DNA of 64,000 bases, taken from NCBI GenBank assembly GCA_950097015.1, contig CATNEN010000001.1:25606001-25670000 (forward strand), read 5' to 3'. The stretch's first letter is position 1. The number at the start of each line of letters is the position of its first letter. The translations under genes and the position numbers were made by a program. The notes under the pieces were generated by a model. That model ran no database searches, was not told the origin of the DNA, and was given only the letters and a program-made list of their open reading frames with translations. Origin of the DNA: Macrostomum hystrix (taxonomy: Eukaryota > Animalia > Platyhelminthes). Positions 38,750 to 52,602 of the stretch are shown here, piece after piece.

Positions 38750-39820
38750 GTACGAAGCCAAGGAGTACTTTGAAAAGCCGTGAGTACATACATTGCTGCT
38801 GCTTTTGTTGCATTTCTGCTCTCTGCAATCTGCAGCTCTTCTGCCCACCTGCCGCTTGCTTTCATCAGCCACTTAAACTTCCTCAGGTTGCTTATTGAAC
38901 GTTGGGATTCCGTCAAGCTCATCGGCAGGGGAGGCTTCGGCGATGTCCACGAAGTGCTCACGGACACGGGCATCAGGTGCGCTGCGAAGACTCTCAGACT
39001 GCCAGTGCAGCTCGGCGACCTGGAGCCTTCAAAGAGAAAGGAGATCGACAAGTTTATTGAGGGCGAGAAGAACCTGTGCCAGCTGCGGCACCCCAACATC
39101 GTCAGCTTCTTGCACATCGCTCAGCCTGAGTATGCGACAGTTGTTGTGTTCATGGAGCTGCTGGATGGCTGCAGCCTGGAGAGATTTCTCGACTCCAAGC
39201 CGCTGGACGAAGAAGCCATTCGACAGTTCAGCGAGCAGGTGAGATTTGAGCAGCCTGCTCATGAGTGATGCAGTGAGTTGACTTTTTAGCGTCAGCCGAC
39301 ACCAGTTCCTCAACCCACCCACCTGCAGATCTGCAGCGCGCTGCACTACCTGCACAGCCGACAGCCGCCTGTGATCCACAGAGACATCAACTGCAGCAAC
39401 ATCATTGTGCTCGGTGACTACAGGCGAGTCAAGCTGATCGACTTCGGCCTGTCAATCAAGCTGGAGCAGTCTGTCAGCCACCTCACAGCCTCCACTGCCA
39501 CACCGAAGGGCACTCTGAACTTCATGGCGCCAGAGCTGCTGGCACCAGACGATGAAGGCAACCCGCGGTACAGCAGAGAGTCGGACATCTGGGCGTTCGG
39601 CTGCTCAGTCTTCCAGATGGCCACGGGAGGCAGGCCCTACTCAAACGCCAGACACTATTACCACGTGGCTCAGAAGCTGGAGAAGGACGGAGCCCCCGCC
39701 CTGCCTGACGGCTGCTCGGCGGAGCTGCGGGACTTCTACAGCCGCTGCACGAAGCGAGACCGCAAGGAGAGAAAGTCAGCAGAGGAGCTGTGCCTTCACG
39801 GCTTCCTGCTGCGACGGTGA
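38750..39820 (+). CDS. Ser/Thr protein kinase domain, copy 2
   Basis: Exons 38750-38779, 38887-39238, 39329-39820. Same motifs as copy 1 (GRGGFG, AAK, HRDINCSN, DFG, APE); one-codon in-frame deletion. Confidence 0.9.
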
Positions 39821-41571
39821 CCAAGCTGGCAGACAGACTGGCTGACACTGATAGACCCCCTCACATTTGTAAACTTCTGAACTTACTTCAGCAGTGTAAT
39901 TATTTGCTGTTTAATTTTTCCCAACGGATTTAATGCTCATTCATGAGCTGCTCCAATCCCTACTCGCTATGGTTTAATACTGGATAACCTGTGACCATCC
40001 TGTATGACTCTTGCATGACCATCCTGCATGACTCTTGTATGACCATCCTGCATGACTCTTGCATGACCATCCTGCATGACTCTTGTATGACCAGCTCGTT
40101 TGGCTTTAATGACCAGTGCTCACATGTCCAGCTGCTCACATGTATGACAGATTCTTGCAGTTTCGCATTGTCCATCAGTTTAATTTGTCAGTGAAACACG
40201 AAACTGATGTGTTTATTACTACAGTTACTATTAGTAAACAGCCATAATATACCCAGCTTACTGTGCCAAGACAATTTTGAAACTTTTTCATTCCTCTTTG
40301 CTTTGTTGCATTCTCCGGCAGGGCAGGGGGTGGGCGGCTGCCTGGAGCCAAGCACAATGGGACAGAAGGTGCGGGTCAGCCTGAGCAGCTGCTCAGGGCT
40401 CGGTGAGACAGAAGAGCAACAATTATCAGATGAGCACTCTCTGTACTCACTCTGAGCACCTACACTCACGGTCCTCACCTCATTGAACGAGAGACCGCAA
40501 AATTTATTATATTTCCTATCAATCGCCAGATATCAATGAAATGAGTCTATTTCTCAAAGCAGGTATTCACTGCCAGGATGGCATTGTGCGGGGCGGCCCT
40601 CTCCCTCTACCCCACCTTGCCCTGTCTCATACGATGCAGATTTCATTCACGAGCCACGAATCCTGAGCAGTTGAGGTGGTTGGCCAGGGACATTGGAATG
40701 GGGCTACTGTCACGCAGCGTGACCATGCAGGTCATGAAATGCCTGGCATTCCATTCTCTTCCAAAAGACGGCCTGGCAGCCTTTGCCGCTGCGCTCCATC
40801 CACTGTGAGGGCGGGGCAGCTCGTCCTCTCCAGCCGCACCTCCCCCTCCTGCCCTCCCAGCCTTCTGTTGTTCAGAAAGCACAGAGAGCAGCGCAGTGCC
40901 CACCCAGCCCTGCACAGCTCGGAGATGGAGCTGGGGAGGCTGAGAGCCGGTGAGACAACTGGCTTCCATTCTCAGAAACACCTGAGGCTGAGTTACTCTC
41001 TCCTCACTGTCTCGGCCGCAGATGCAGAAGAGAGGCTGGGCAGTGGAGTCACGTGACCGCACAGAACTCGCACCTCATTGGCTGAGCCGTGCACTGAGAC
41101 TGCGGCCTCCACTCTCTCCCAGGACCGACCGAAGTTTCTCTTGGAATCGGTTGGCCTTGCAGCGCGATTGAAAGGCAGATTATGTCCCAACTGACTACTG
41201 TGAGTAGGACTAATGCGCTGGGCAGAATTTCTGAGAAATCCAGGCCTTGGGGAATCCCGAGATTGCGGAGAATCCGAAAGGTTGCGACTATTTTTTGCTT
41301 TAGCCAACACTTGAACTTCTGCTATAACTTCTGCACAATGATCAGCCCGTCTCCAACATCCCCAGACTTTTTTGCTGGCATGGAAAGCTGCTGTTTTAAT
41401 TATACAGTCACCATGGAAACCAAACACAGCTGTGACTGCACTACTGTGGCTGCGAGTATTTGAAATCTCTTACCATTGATATCACAATATTCTCTGCAGG
41501 TTAACCTGCCAGAGCAGTTGATCTGCCTTGCACTTTTAAATCTTTCAGGCACTTCTAGAACTCGTATCGAG

Positions 41572-42757
41572 TTGGGGGATTGGGGATCGATTTGGGGGAA
41601 TGGGGATCGATTTGGGGGAATGGGGATCGATTTGGGGAATGGGGATCGAGTTGTGGGGATTGTGATATGGGATTGCAGTGTGGTATTGGGATGTGGGATT
41701 GGGATTACAGTGTGGTATTGGGATGTGGGATTGGGATTACAGTGAGGTATTGGGATGTGGGTTGTGGGATTACAGTGAGGCATCGGGATTTGGGATTGGG
41801 ATTACAGTGAGGTATCAGGATGTAGGATTACAGTGAGGTATTGGGATGTGGGATTGCAGTGGTATTGGGATGTGGGATTGGGATTACAGTGAGGTATCGT
41901 GATTTGAGATTGGGATTACAGTGAGGCATCGGGATTTGGGATTGGGATTACAGTGAGGTATTGGGATGTGGGATTGCAGTGAGGTATTGGGATGTGGGAT
42001 TGCAGTGAGGTATTGGGATGTGGGATTACAGTGTGGTATTGGGATGTGGGATTACAGTGTGGTATTGGGATGTGGGATTACAGTGAGGTATTGGGATGTG
42101 GGATTGAGTCAGCTGTGAGAATGGGGAGTCACCTGAGAGAATGGGGAGCCAGCTGTGAGAATGGGGAGTCAGCTGTGAGAATGGGGAGTCAGCTGAGAGA
42201 ATGGGGAGTCAGCTGAGAGAATGGGGAGTCAGCTGTGAGAATAGGGAGTCAGCTGTGAGAATAGGGAGTCAGCTGTGAGAATAGGGAGTCAGCTGAGAGA
42301 ATAGGGAGTCAGCTGTGAGAATGGGGAGTCAGCTGAGAGAATGGGGAGTCAGCTGAGAGAATGGGGAGTCAGCTGTGAGAATAGGGAGTCAGCTGTGAGA
42401 ATAGGGAGTCAGCTGTGAGAATAGGGAGTCAGCTGAGAGAATAGGGAGTCAGCTGTGAGAATGGGGAGTCAGCTGAGAGAATAGGGAGTCAGCTGTGAGA
42501 ATGGGGAGTCAGCTGTGAGAATGGGGAGTCAGCTGTGAGAATGGGGAGCCAGCTGTGAGAATGGGGAGTCAGCTGAGAGAATAGGGAGTCAGCTGTGAGA
42601 ATGGGGAGTCAGTTGAGAGAATAGGGAGTCAGCTGTGAGAATAGGGAGACAGCTGAGAGAATAGGGAGTCAGCTGAGAGAATAGGGAGACAGCTGAGAGA
42701 ATAGGGAGTCAGCTGTGAGAATGGGGAGTCAGCTGTGAGAATGGGGAGTCAGCTGAG
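41572..42757. repeat. Compound minisatellite, copy 2
   Basis: Matches 16995-18180 at offset 24577. Confidence 0.95.
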
Positions 42758-43506
42758 TAAGGATCTGGTTGAGGCTATGGAGATCGAAAAAAGAGTAAAC
42801 ATTTTCTGAAATTTGATAACCAATTCAGGCTGACAATTTGAAAGATCTTCATCCCGTGAGACCTGCAGTACTCAAAGCTCACTAGCTACTTATTTTTTTG
42901 AAGTCTCTAATTCGACTCCTGAGTCCTGGAGCATGAAATTCATTTTGAAGCAGCTCAGATTTTGGCCCTGCTCACCCTGAGCAGTGCTCACTGTTGTCTC
43001 CAGTTTGCACTGCAGGGCAGCTGGCTGAGGGAGGGCCGATGGACTCAGAATAAGGACCTCTAAAAATAGCACCTGCACTCTGTGAGCAGAGTCGAAAACC
43101 CGATGAGATGCTCAGAATTCTAGTTGAATGGAATCGGCCATGGCAGAGAGAATTTTAGCAGCACAAATGCCTGATTCTGCAGCCTGGGCTCGAACCCACA
43201 GCCTGCGGAGTCCCAGCCGATTCTCCCAGCTGCCGTCACTCTGCAGGACATTTATAATTATGATTTATGATCCCAGCTGGCTCACCATGGGAGCGGGCAG
43301 AGGACATTGCAGCAGGAGGCGCCCACGACTGCAAGAGACAGAAGAGCGAGAGAATGAAGGGACAAGCAATGCTGATGGGCCTGTGGCGTTTGCCCCACTG
43401 GCAACTTTTGGTTGTGCTTGCAAAAGAGAAATGTTGTTTCTCATTGTCACGGTGCTTATTTGGTATCCAAGGCCTCAAGGATCTCAAGGACATCTACGCG
43501 TCTGAC

Positions 43507-44181
43507 AAGGATTAGCATGTCTTACAGGGATTCGCATGTCTTAAAGGGATTAGCATGTCCTACAGGTATTAGCATGTCCTACAAGGATTAGCATGTCCTA
43601 CAAGGATTAGCATGTCCTGCAAGGATTAGCATGTTCTAAAAGGGTTAGCATGTCCTAGAAGGATTAGCACGTCTTAAAGGGATTAGCATGTCCAACAAGG
43701 ATTAGAATGTTCTAAAAGGATTAGCATGTCCTACAAGGATTAGCATATCCTACAAGGATTAGCATGTCCTACAAGTATTAGCATGTCCTACAAGTATTAG
43801 CATGTCCTACCAGGATTAGCATGTCCTACAAGTATTAGCATGTCGTACAAGTATTAGCATGTCCTAAAAGTATTAGCATGTCCTACAAGTATTAGCATGT
43901 CCTACCAGGATTAGCAAGTCCTACCAGGATTAGCATGTCCTACCAGGATTAGCATGTCCTACAAGTATTGGCATGTCCTACCAGGATTCGCATGTCGTAC
44001 AAGGATTAGCATGTCCTACAAGTATTAGCATGTCCTACAAGTATTAGCATGTCCTACAAGGATTAGCGTTTCCTGCATGGATTAGCATGTCCTACAAGTA
44101 TTAGCATGTCCTACAAGCTAAGTATTGGCATGTCCTACCAGGATTAGCATGTCGTACAGGGATTAGCATGTCCTACAAGGA
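43507..44181. repeat. Degenerate 19-bp minisatellite
   Basis: About 35 units with many variants (aagtattagc, caggattagc). Confidence 0.93.
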
Positions 44182-46813
44182 TCGCATAAGATTTCTGCGA
44201 AAAATTCGAAAGCAAATGGTGCTGGTCAAACGGGATGCCGAGTGTTAATATAAAAAATACATTTTTCCTTGAGCTGAATGTGAGGCCGGATGAGCACGGG
44301 AAGTTACGAATGGAGAAGTGGGGATCGAGTTGAGTGAACCGATCCGTTAAGGTAATGGGTTTGAAAAAAATCTATAAATTTGTCATTTTGAGTCAGAGGT
44401 TTTTCATGCAAATTTTTATGTGATAACCTTGAGCTGAAATTGTGTTCGCAAGCGAGACTGAGACAATGAATCCAGTTCGAACCAGTTTAGCTGTTTTGCA
44501 CCTTAAGTTTTGAGCGGCGATACCCTAGTTGACAATCTTACATTCTGCCTTGTAAGATCTGACTTATCCTATAAAATCTTGGCAGAACTGCTAAGATCTG
44601 TTAGGAATAGGTAAGAAAATAAAATATGCGCTAACTGTCACGGCTACCAAAAAAACAAATTTAACTGTGTTGCAGTTATTCTTGTAGTAAAAAAATTCCA
44701 TTTTTTCTAATTTTCATTAAGTCTGCTTCCTTTGGGTTTCTTGACAGATATGATCAGATCCGGCAAGAGACAGTAAGATGTCACAGCTATAGTAAATAAA
44801 AAAATAATGTTTTCACCAACAACTATTGTCTTGAAAAGTCAGTTCATAAATGATTTACAACATTTTGGAAGTGAGAAACAATAAAATTTTTGGTATAGTC
44901 ATTCAGTTTACTTTTTTTGTTTTTTTCACAGATATGGTCAGATCTGACAAGTCAACCTGATAAGTATGCAAAATAATTTGTACATTTAATATTTTCCGAA
45001 GTTAACATTGTATATAGCGAATATTTAAGTGCACACATGCATAACGATACATGCATAACGATTTCGAACGATACCGTTCAACAGGTATTTTAAATATTCT
45101 TTCCCTAGAACTGAACATATTGTGCAATTTGTATAAAACTGGCAGATTCCAGTGTTCGTTGGTAAACCACAAACACCATTAAAATTAAAAAATAAGTAAT
45201 AAGAAACTATTTAAGCGAAATATATATGCACATTTGTCTAACGTACAAGGGCCGCGATTATAGATAATTAACTGTTTTTGTTTTAACACCTAACATTTGA
45301 ACATTTTTGCCAGCTTTTTCTCGCTATTCTTTTTCTTTTATTTATCACATACATCACATAAATTATATATTCTTTACTTTACACTTTCTTTACTTTACTG
45401 CTGTCCTGGATTTCTAATTTCTAAATCTCGCATATTGTAGGCATTTATTCTGTTGCATATCAAACATACCGCTCCAATGCAGAGCTCAATCACTACCACG
45501 CCCAAATCTTCCTCCTCAAAAAGGCAATTAAGACAGAATCCACTAACTCGAGTCCAGGAGATTAAATTGAACTCAACATACTGCATATTGTGGTATAATA
45601 GTACTAAGTACTTTAGTCAGACTTTAAAACTGAGTGATGGCCGATTCGAGACATATTCAGCAGAAGAGCGCCTACGTTGGAGTGCTGTGAGCCATTGCAT
45701 GTTAGACTGTAGTATAGTGCATAGGCTTGTTTGATATCTAGGCGGCTATGGGCCTAGATCTTTAGGCTGTCTAACTCTAATGTTAAGAATTATAAACATG
45801 TTATAACTAAGCAATATTATTAACTGTATAAGCTGGTAGTATGTTTTATATTAGCTTAAATAAAAACTTGAGATTCCTTGATTTTCTATTGCTTAACAAT
45901 TTAGTCTTAAGACGATATATATTCCATCCATACTCTGGATTGTCATGGCAGAGTATATGCTGGACATAAGTGAATATTTCTTGCCATATACCAATCTACA
46001 TAAAAAATGATCAGGGCTAACATTTTGTATTCAACAATTAGGTTAAGTACAAATTATAAAATGTATTCTGGGAATCATAAAAAACTTACCAATTATTATT
46101 AAAACAGAAGAAAAAATATAATCAAATACATGCATGTCATAATTTAAGAACAGTTCAATAATTTACCATCATTATTATATATAGGGTAATGTATCATCAA
46201 CCAAACAAGAATGTTTATTTTTTAACTTCAAACCTAAGCTACAGATTTTCTATTTAAGATATGATGATAAATCAAAATCCAAGTTATAGAAAACAGTTAC
46301 ATCTTTCTAAAAAGTTTCTGCTTTTGCTATTTTGTCAAATAGACAAAAGTTATTCCTGCTTTTTATCTAAAACCAAACAATGATTTTTATGTATCTTCAA
46401 ACCAAACAGAGAATTTGATGTTTGGTTTTACAATTTGAGTGAGTGGTTTAATCTTATTTTAAGGAGTGTATCATAGATTATGTCATTTGAAAGCATTTTT
46501 CATGCTCTATAAATAACTACATTTATGGTCATTTAATTGGCTATTGGCAAGCAACCACATACAATCTTTGTCTAAAGTACCTACTGAAAAATTGTTGTCA
46601 AAAAGTATGCTTTTGCAATAAAAAATTCTACTGAAACATCAATATCTTTTTTTCCTCCTAATGCTTCATTGAACATCATGCCTCAGCTTGTAGATAATTT
46701 CTTCAACTTTCTAATTAGATGTTCTATGAAACACACTAGCTTGTTTCTGTCTTGCACGAGACCAAGGAAAGAGTCAAAATTTTTGTTCAGTTTTGAAGTA
46801 CACTGGTTGATGA

Positions 46814-48066
46814 CCATAGTCAGGAAGGTGGCAGAGTGTGCGCCGGAATAAATTTTGGAGGGACAATCTGTGCGCCGTCTGTGCGCCATCTGTGTGCCGT
46901 CTATGCGCTGTTTCTGTTCCTTAGCCCTGACCCTACACAGGAAAGCACCCTATGTTAACCTAAGGGTTATATTATGTATTAATGTTACGAAATAAAATAC
47001 ATTCATCATACAGTTAGGTTATCGCATTTGTTGTAGGCCTCTGTCTATATTATTACTAAATTTTATTTCCAATAATGCGAATCCCACTGCTGTTCCCAAA
47101 GTTGTTGTAATCTTTACTGTTAATGTTTCTTAGAATTAATTTCTGAGAATGTATTCTATATATCCAAAAGAATTTCTTGGTAGCGTATTTAGTTATCTTT
47201 GAATATCGTCTTTAGTTGGTCTAAGGTAGCGTATTTAGTTATTCTGGCCGATTAATTATCGCATGGATGTATTTCTGAGTATAGGCTTTCCAAAGAGCGT
47301 TACCAATGATCTCAAGTGTACAGCAATACTTTCTATATCTTTCTTTCTCTTGAATCTTTCTTGGTATTTGTCTCCGTATGTTTTAAAAGAATGAAAGAAC
47401 ACGATTCTGAGTATGTTATACGAACTTTGTTGTCAACTGCGTTGAACAAGGTTAGTTTTCCTCTCAATTTTACTCCTGTATTTATACCCAAAAACGTATC
47501 ATTTAAAACAAATAATTATACCCTATTAAAACAACGTATTTCCGCATTTAAAACAAATAATTGTATTTTACGTGTATTAAAACAAAATATAAAAGATTTT
47601 CGCATTTAAAACAAATAATTGCATTTTACGTGTATTAAAACAAAATTGGCGGTTTTTCGGTTTTGAAATCGGTCTACATCACATTCACAGATCGCAGATT
47701 TATATGTAATATTGAAAAAAACTGAATCGAAACGAAAGCAGTAATTGTAAGTTGTAACACAGTTCGGACAGTTGATGGGAAACAGGAAATACGAAAAATA
47801 TTTACGAGTTACGACAATGATACAAGATGTTCAATCATACAATTTAAAAAATTATGAACAATTTCAATATTTGAAAAATGCCGTTAGAATAACAAATATG
47901 CAATTTACGACAAATTACGACTTCTTGGAATTTATAGTGTGTACTGCAGCTTATGAGCCAATGCGCCGAGACCCTTTGTGTGTGCCGCACTTGTGCGCCG
48001 ATGTGCTCCGAGACCCTTTGTGTGCGCCGGAATTTTCCGCCTCAGAGGCCACCTTCCTGACTATGG
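46814..48066. mobile_element. Non-autonomous TIR element (Mutator- or hAT/P-like) nested in the EnSpm element
   Basis: Perfect 19-bp TIR ccatagtcaggaaggtggc; direct repeat gttgatga at 46806-46813 and 48067-48074; subterminal tgtgcgcc repeats. Confidence 0.85.
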
Positions 48067-48441
48067 GTTGATGATACATTACCCTAATAAAATGATTATT
48101 GTTTTTTTTCGAAATTTTCTCTAGTAATTCTAGTAATTAGGTTAAATATCTCAACAACTACGGCTATTTTTCAGAAACTAGTGCTAATAAATAGCAACTG
48201 ATATTTAGTTTAGTGTTAGACCTATTATTATTCAATATTTTATTAATACCGTTAGTTATTTATCAATTCAGTATTACCCTTAGTTAGGCCTAATTATTTA
48301 AGCAAAAAAAGTTAACTAACTTTCAACATTATGCATGTAGACATGGATCAGTGCAACCTTGGTAATCACTGCTGTTTCCATTGGCTATATATACATGTAA
48401 GCCATTATTAGTTCAGAGTGGTCATAGGACTACCATTTTAT

Positions 48442-48823
48442 TAGAGGTTGGACGATATCTAAATCTCAATCATAGTGATCTTGGCACTTTTTTCAATCTC
48501 AATCTTGGTTTTGAGATCTCAAAAAAGGTTAAGATTCAAGATTTTATTTTATAATTTTATTTAGTCTACAGTTGTACTTCTTCACAACTTTAGAAAAAAT
48601 TAGCAAAAAAGTTCTCTTTTATATGCAAGTGATGGGTTCCAGGAAGAAACTTTGTAGAATCATAATATATACTGGACTAGAGTAAATAAGCACTAGATAC
48701 TGTTTGATGATTATGATTGTTAATTTCAGTCAACAGTCTTTTTTACTATTTTACACTCATAGGCCTAATGCACTAATCTTGAATCTTGATCAACTCTCTA
48801 AAAGTGATATTGCCTGACCCCTA
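48442..48823. mobile_element. hAT-like MITE
   Basis: Imperfect TIR tagaggttggacgatatc / gatattgcctgaccccta; 8-bp TSD cattttat at 48434-48441 and 48824-48831. Confidence 0.7.
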
Positions 48824-49059
48824 CATTTTATCTAATAAAAACTCTAGTAAGTGTGTTGCCTATAAAAATGGTCAAGAAAACCCAAAGTTGCAGATATAAT
48901 TTTAGAGAAGCAACCTATATTGAACTATATAGCTTATATAAGGTAATCATATTTATATATTTGATATTAAATGGGGTTAAAAATATGTACATTGTCATTT
49001 AACCCTTCTTATTTTTGTGCCTGTCACTTGGCTTAATTCACTTACACTAGAGATAAGGT

Positions 49060-49340
49060 CATACATGCGCAACCTCCCGAATCTTAGCCGGCCGTGTGAC
49101 TTAGTTTTTGCTCTCATTTGCGACTTAGTTCGTTTCATTGCTCTATTTACGACTTAGTTTGCTCTCATTTGCTCTCTTTTTCTCTCCCCTTTTTCCTTTT
49201 CTTCACGCCTTCCTTTTTTGTCCCTTGGTCCCCCCTTTGATTTTTTTGCGCTTGGTCAATTGGTTTTTGCGACTTACCTTGCTTAGCCCTCGTTTCACCC
49301 GGCCGGTTCGGCCGGGTCGGCCGGGTGTTGCGCATGTATG
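49060..49340. mobile_element. hAT-like MITE, 281 bp
   Basis: Perfect 14-bp TIR catacatgcgcaac; 8-bp TSD gataaggt at 49052-49059 and 49341-49348; internal gacttag repeats. Confidence 0.88.
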
Positions 49341-49830
49341 GATAAGGTAGTGAATCTTTTAGTGAATCTATGCATCTTTTATGTGTATCTAGATGCTATG
49401 CTGGTTGTTTTTGCTACTTGATTTTTAAGGAAAAAAATTTTTAGCTGAATTCAAGGGAAATTGTGTAATGATTGGGCAGCTATAGTTCAGATTATATAAT
49501 ACATATGCCTAAAATTTTGTATGCATCTATATTACTAGCAATGTTCAGTTTAACTCAATTACAATATACTTTTATCACTCTATCCATAACCCCAACCATA
49601 AGTGCATCTTTCTTGACTAGGTAATCTTTATTAACTTTTGATTTAAAAAGTAAAGTGTAACATGCTATAGCAAATAGCAAAGCAATAGGCATAGCTTAGC
49701 TAGGTAAAGGCATTTTTAGCAAATTAAGCAACTTAGTAACATTTTCATTTTCACATTGCATGAAATTTTGGCTTTAATATCTGTATATAGGTTCCTTAAT
49801 AACTTTATTTCCTTTTCTTTATTTTCTTAG

Positions 49831-50356
49831 GGAGCAACGGTTTTGGTCAACGAAAATGAGCAGAAGCATGTTGCTGCTTGATTGGTTTTTCATCAAAAGT
49901 CCTCGAGCGGCTCAAACATTTCGGTTTATTCAAGGAAGAAAGGCGAGCCGAGGCCGATCACGCCGGACACCTGAATCAATGAAGATTAATGGCATCTCTT
50001 TTCACAGTATCAGCAATAAGCGCAAAGGTTCATCTGTCAGTTATATCTGCGAGTATCAGCAGCCCGATTCGAACGCGAGATGCTTTGGCACGATTCTAAA
50101 GTTTGAATCCGAAACGGTCGCTACAGTTGCTCCTCTCCCCAAAGCGACACATTTTCAGACGCATTTCAGCATGTGCACTGATGTGCCGCTAATCGATCTG
50201 TTCGTTCTCGAGCGGGATCGACAAGATGTCCCGATCTCTGAGGACCAGTTAAAGGTCGACTGCAGATATCTACGCCGAAAGTGTGTACTAATCCCTTTAG
50301 CGAACTCGAAAATTACTTTTGTCGCACCTATTTTGCTACTAAATGAACATAATTAA
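49831..50356 (+). pseudogene. Last exon of an EnSpm-like transposase (fragment)
   Basis: Strong acceptor ttttcttag at 49830. INGISFHS..K..SSVSY..FGTILKF..KCVLIP..NEHN* resembles animal CACTA transposase C-termini as I recall them (not searched). Lies inside the TIR-bounded element. Confidence 0.55.
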
Positions 50357-50372
50357 ACTGTCATTGCTCATT

Positions 50373-50665
50373 CCCGTTGCGTTGCGTTGCCCATTCATGT
50401 AGCATTCACATTGCCTATTCACGTTGCCTATACACACTGCCCATTCGCATTGCCTATTCACGTTGCGTTGCCAATTCATGTAGCATTCACGTTGCCTATT
50501 CACGTCGCCTATTCACGTTGCCTATACACGTTGCGTTGCCAATTAATGTAGCATTCACATTGCCTATTCACGTTGCCTATACACACTGCCCATTCGCATT
50601 GCCTATTCACGTTGCGTTGCCAATTCATGTAGCATTCGCATTGCCTATTCACATTGCCTATTCCT
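50373..50665. repeat. Degenerate 13-bp-subunit repeat ttgcctattcacg
   Basis: Directly downstream of the transposase-like exon. Confidence 0.85.
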
Positions 50666-52602
50666 AAGGCAAGAATTAAAGGATTATGGATTAAGATTTA
50701 AGGATTATATCGAATTAAGGATCCGTATGAGAACCAATAAGGTTTTAAGCACTTATCGTCTCTTGAAAACTGACTTGCTTTCTTAATTTGAACGTTCTTC
50801 CTAATAATTTCAATAATTCAAAGTGCATGAAAATCGGGATCCGTCACTATAAATTCTTGCAAAAATCTTAACAGATCTTATTGTATTCTTAAACGATCTT
50901 GCCAGATCTGACTACTTTTCTTGTAATATCTTGCCAGATCGGTCAAGAAAACTCAAGTCAGATCTTATACTTTCTTTGCAAAAAGTGCACGATTTTGTAA
51001 GTCAGATATGGCAAGATGGCGAAAGTCATTGTCGACTAGGGTAGGCTTGGGGATGCACTTTGATTACTTTTTTTAACCGACCGCTTTTTACTGCATCTCA
51101 ATTAAATAGCCATTCGGCCTTCCCTCGCTCCGAGAGCGCAGATGAAAGAAGCTGAGAGATGGGCCGAGCAGAGGGCGACAACAATGCCACAAACACGAGA
51201 AACTTGCGGCTGCGGAGTGGCGCCACGTGCATTGCCCTATTGTACGTGAGCGGTAGACTGCAATGGCGGCTGCTTCTGAGCTGAGAAACTTGTCCACTGA
51301 CGAAAATAGACAAACAATAATAGGCAAAGATATGAAGAGATGCAAATAAATAATTTACATTTAGCGAAGGGATAGAAACGAAATCTACTGCCAGTAGCTG
51401 TGGCTTAGCACAAAGCCGATGAAATATTCTGAAACGGACACACGTTTTTGCTTTCGCAAAAGCAACGCAAACATTTTTGCTACAGAACAGGATGGGAAGC
51501 CTCCTGGCTTGCATCGCCCCTGAGCCTGAATATAGAACCTGGAAGGACACTTCCCACGAAACCCGGGGTTGTAATGTAAATTAACTCGTAAAATACACAA
51601 GTAATAACAAAAAGTATTTGTCCTATAGTAAATTAGAATTCATTAAAGATTTGGGGGACTGTTTTGGCTTAGTCAAAACTAATTATTTTTTTTTGTATGG
51701 CGCTATATAATAGACATACAATTCAGACTGAACGGACAATATTTAAGCAGAATTTTTCCGAGAAGAGAGATCTAAACTAATGCCTACTACTTAAACCGAT
51801 TGTGGTCTGTGGACGTTTCGTCTTTCAGCTCATTTTTTGGTGAATCTGACTGTTAAACTGAACCTTCCATGCACAGTATAATCTAGTGATATAATTTATA
51901 TGTTTTAATATAAAAAAACAACAGTAAGAGTGCTTCATCTCTACTGTGCTATTAATAATATCTACTGTACTACATAATTACTTAATATAGTTGTTGTAAT
52001 CTCCAGCAGGTATTTTTAATAAATCTCTCTCATAATTGCTAAGTTGTCACAATAATTCATTATGCAAAGACAATTTAGAAAGAATAACCCTACACAGAAT
52101 TTTATTTGCTGAAATGGTCACATGTGATAAAATTAAGCATCTGTCTTTAGTTTTGTGTTTTTAATGCTTAATGCTAATGGTTCTTTCAACTGAACAATCC
52201 ACTTAAAAAATAAATATGTGGTAAATTTTTCAACGATTTTGCTAGTGCATTTAAACAATTATGCATTACACAGTGAACTTGTTTCCAAGAAATTATTATA
52301 AGTAGTGTAAGTTATATAATAATTGAAAACTGCTAAAATGTCTGTGTATATTTCTTAGAATTATATTTTATTTTTGTTTATCTTGCTACAAAATGATTGT
52401 CTACTTGTACATTAGTTATTTATTGAATATTATAACAACTTTGGTAGCCCTAGTCAAATGATTGACAAACAATTTACTACAATAGGTCAGGGTTATATTT
52501 GTGGCCCATATAAGTTATGTAAAACTTCAAATACAGTACTAAACTTGCATTATAAATCTATTGTTTTATTTTCAGCTATACAAAATCTATTAAGATGAGC
52601 TG

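Larger units (their letters stand above)
44523..51041 (+). mobile_element. CACTA/EnSpm-like (CMC) DNA transposon derivative with nested MITEs
   Basis: Termini ccctagttgacaat ... attgtcgactaggg flanked by TA on both sides; subterminal agatctgac-like repeats at both ends; internal exon 49831-50356 resembling an animal EnSpm transposase C-terminus. Confidence 0.7.
22846..52454 (+). repeat. Segmental duplication, copy 2 (longer, with extra transposon-derived sequence)
   Basis: Collinear with 1-19942. Copy-2-only blocks at about 25152-28958, 30160-31110, 37917-38357, 43363-43545 and 44182-51611. Confidence 0.95.
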
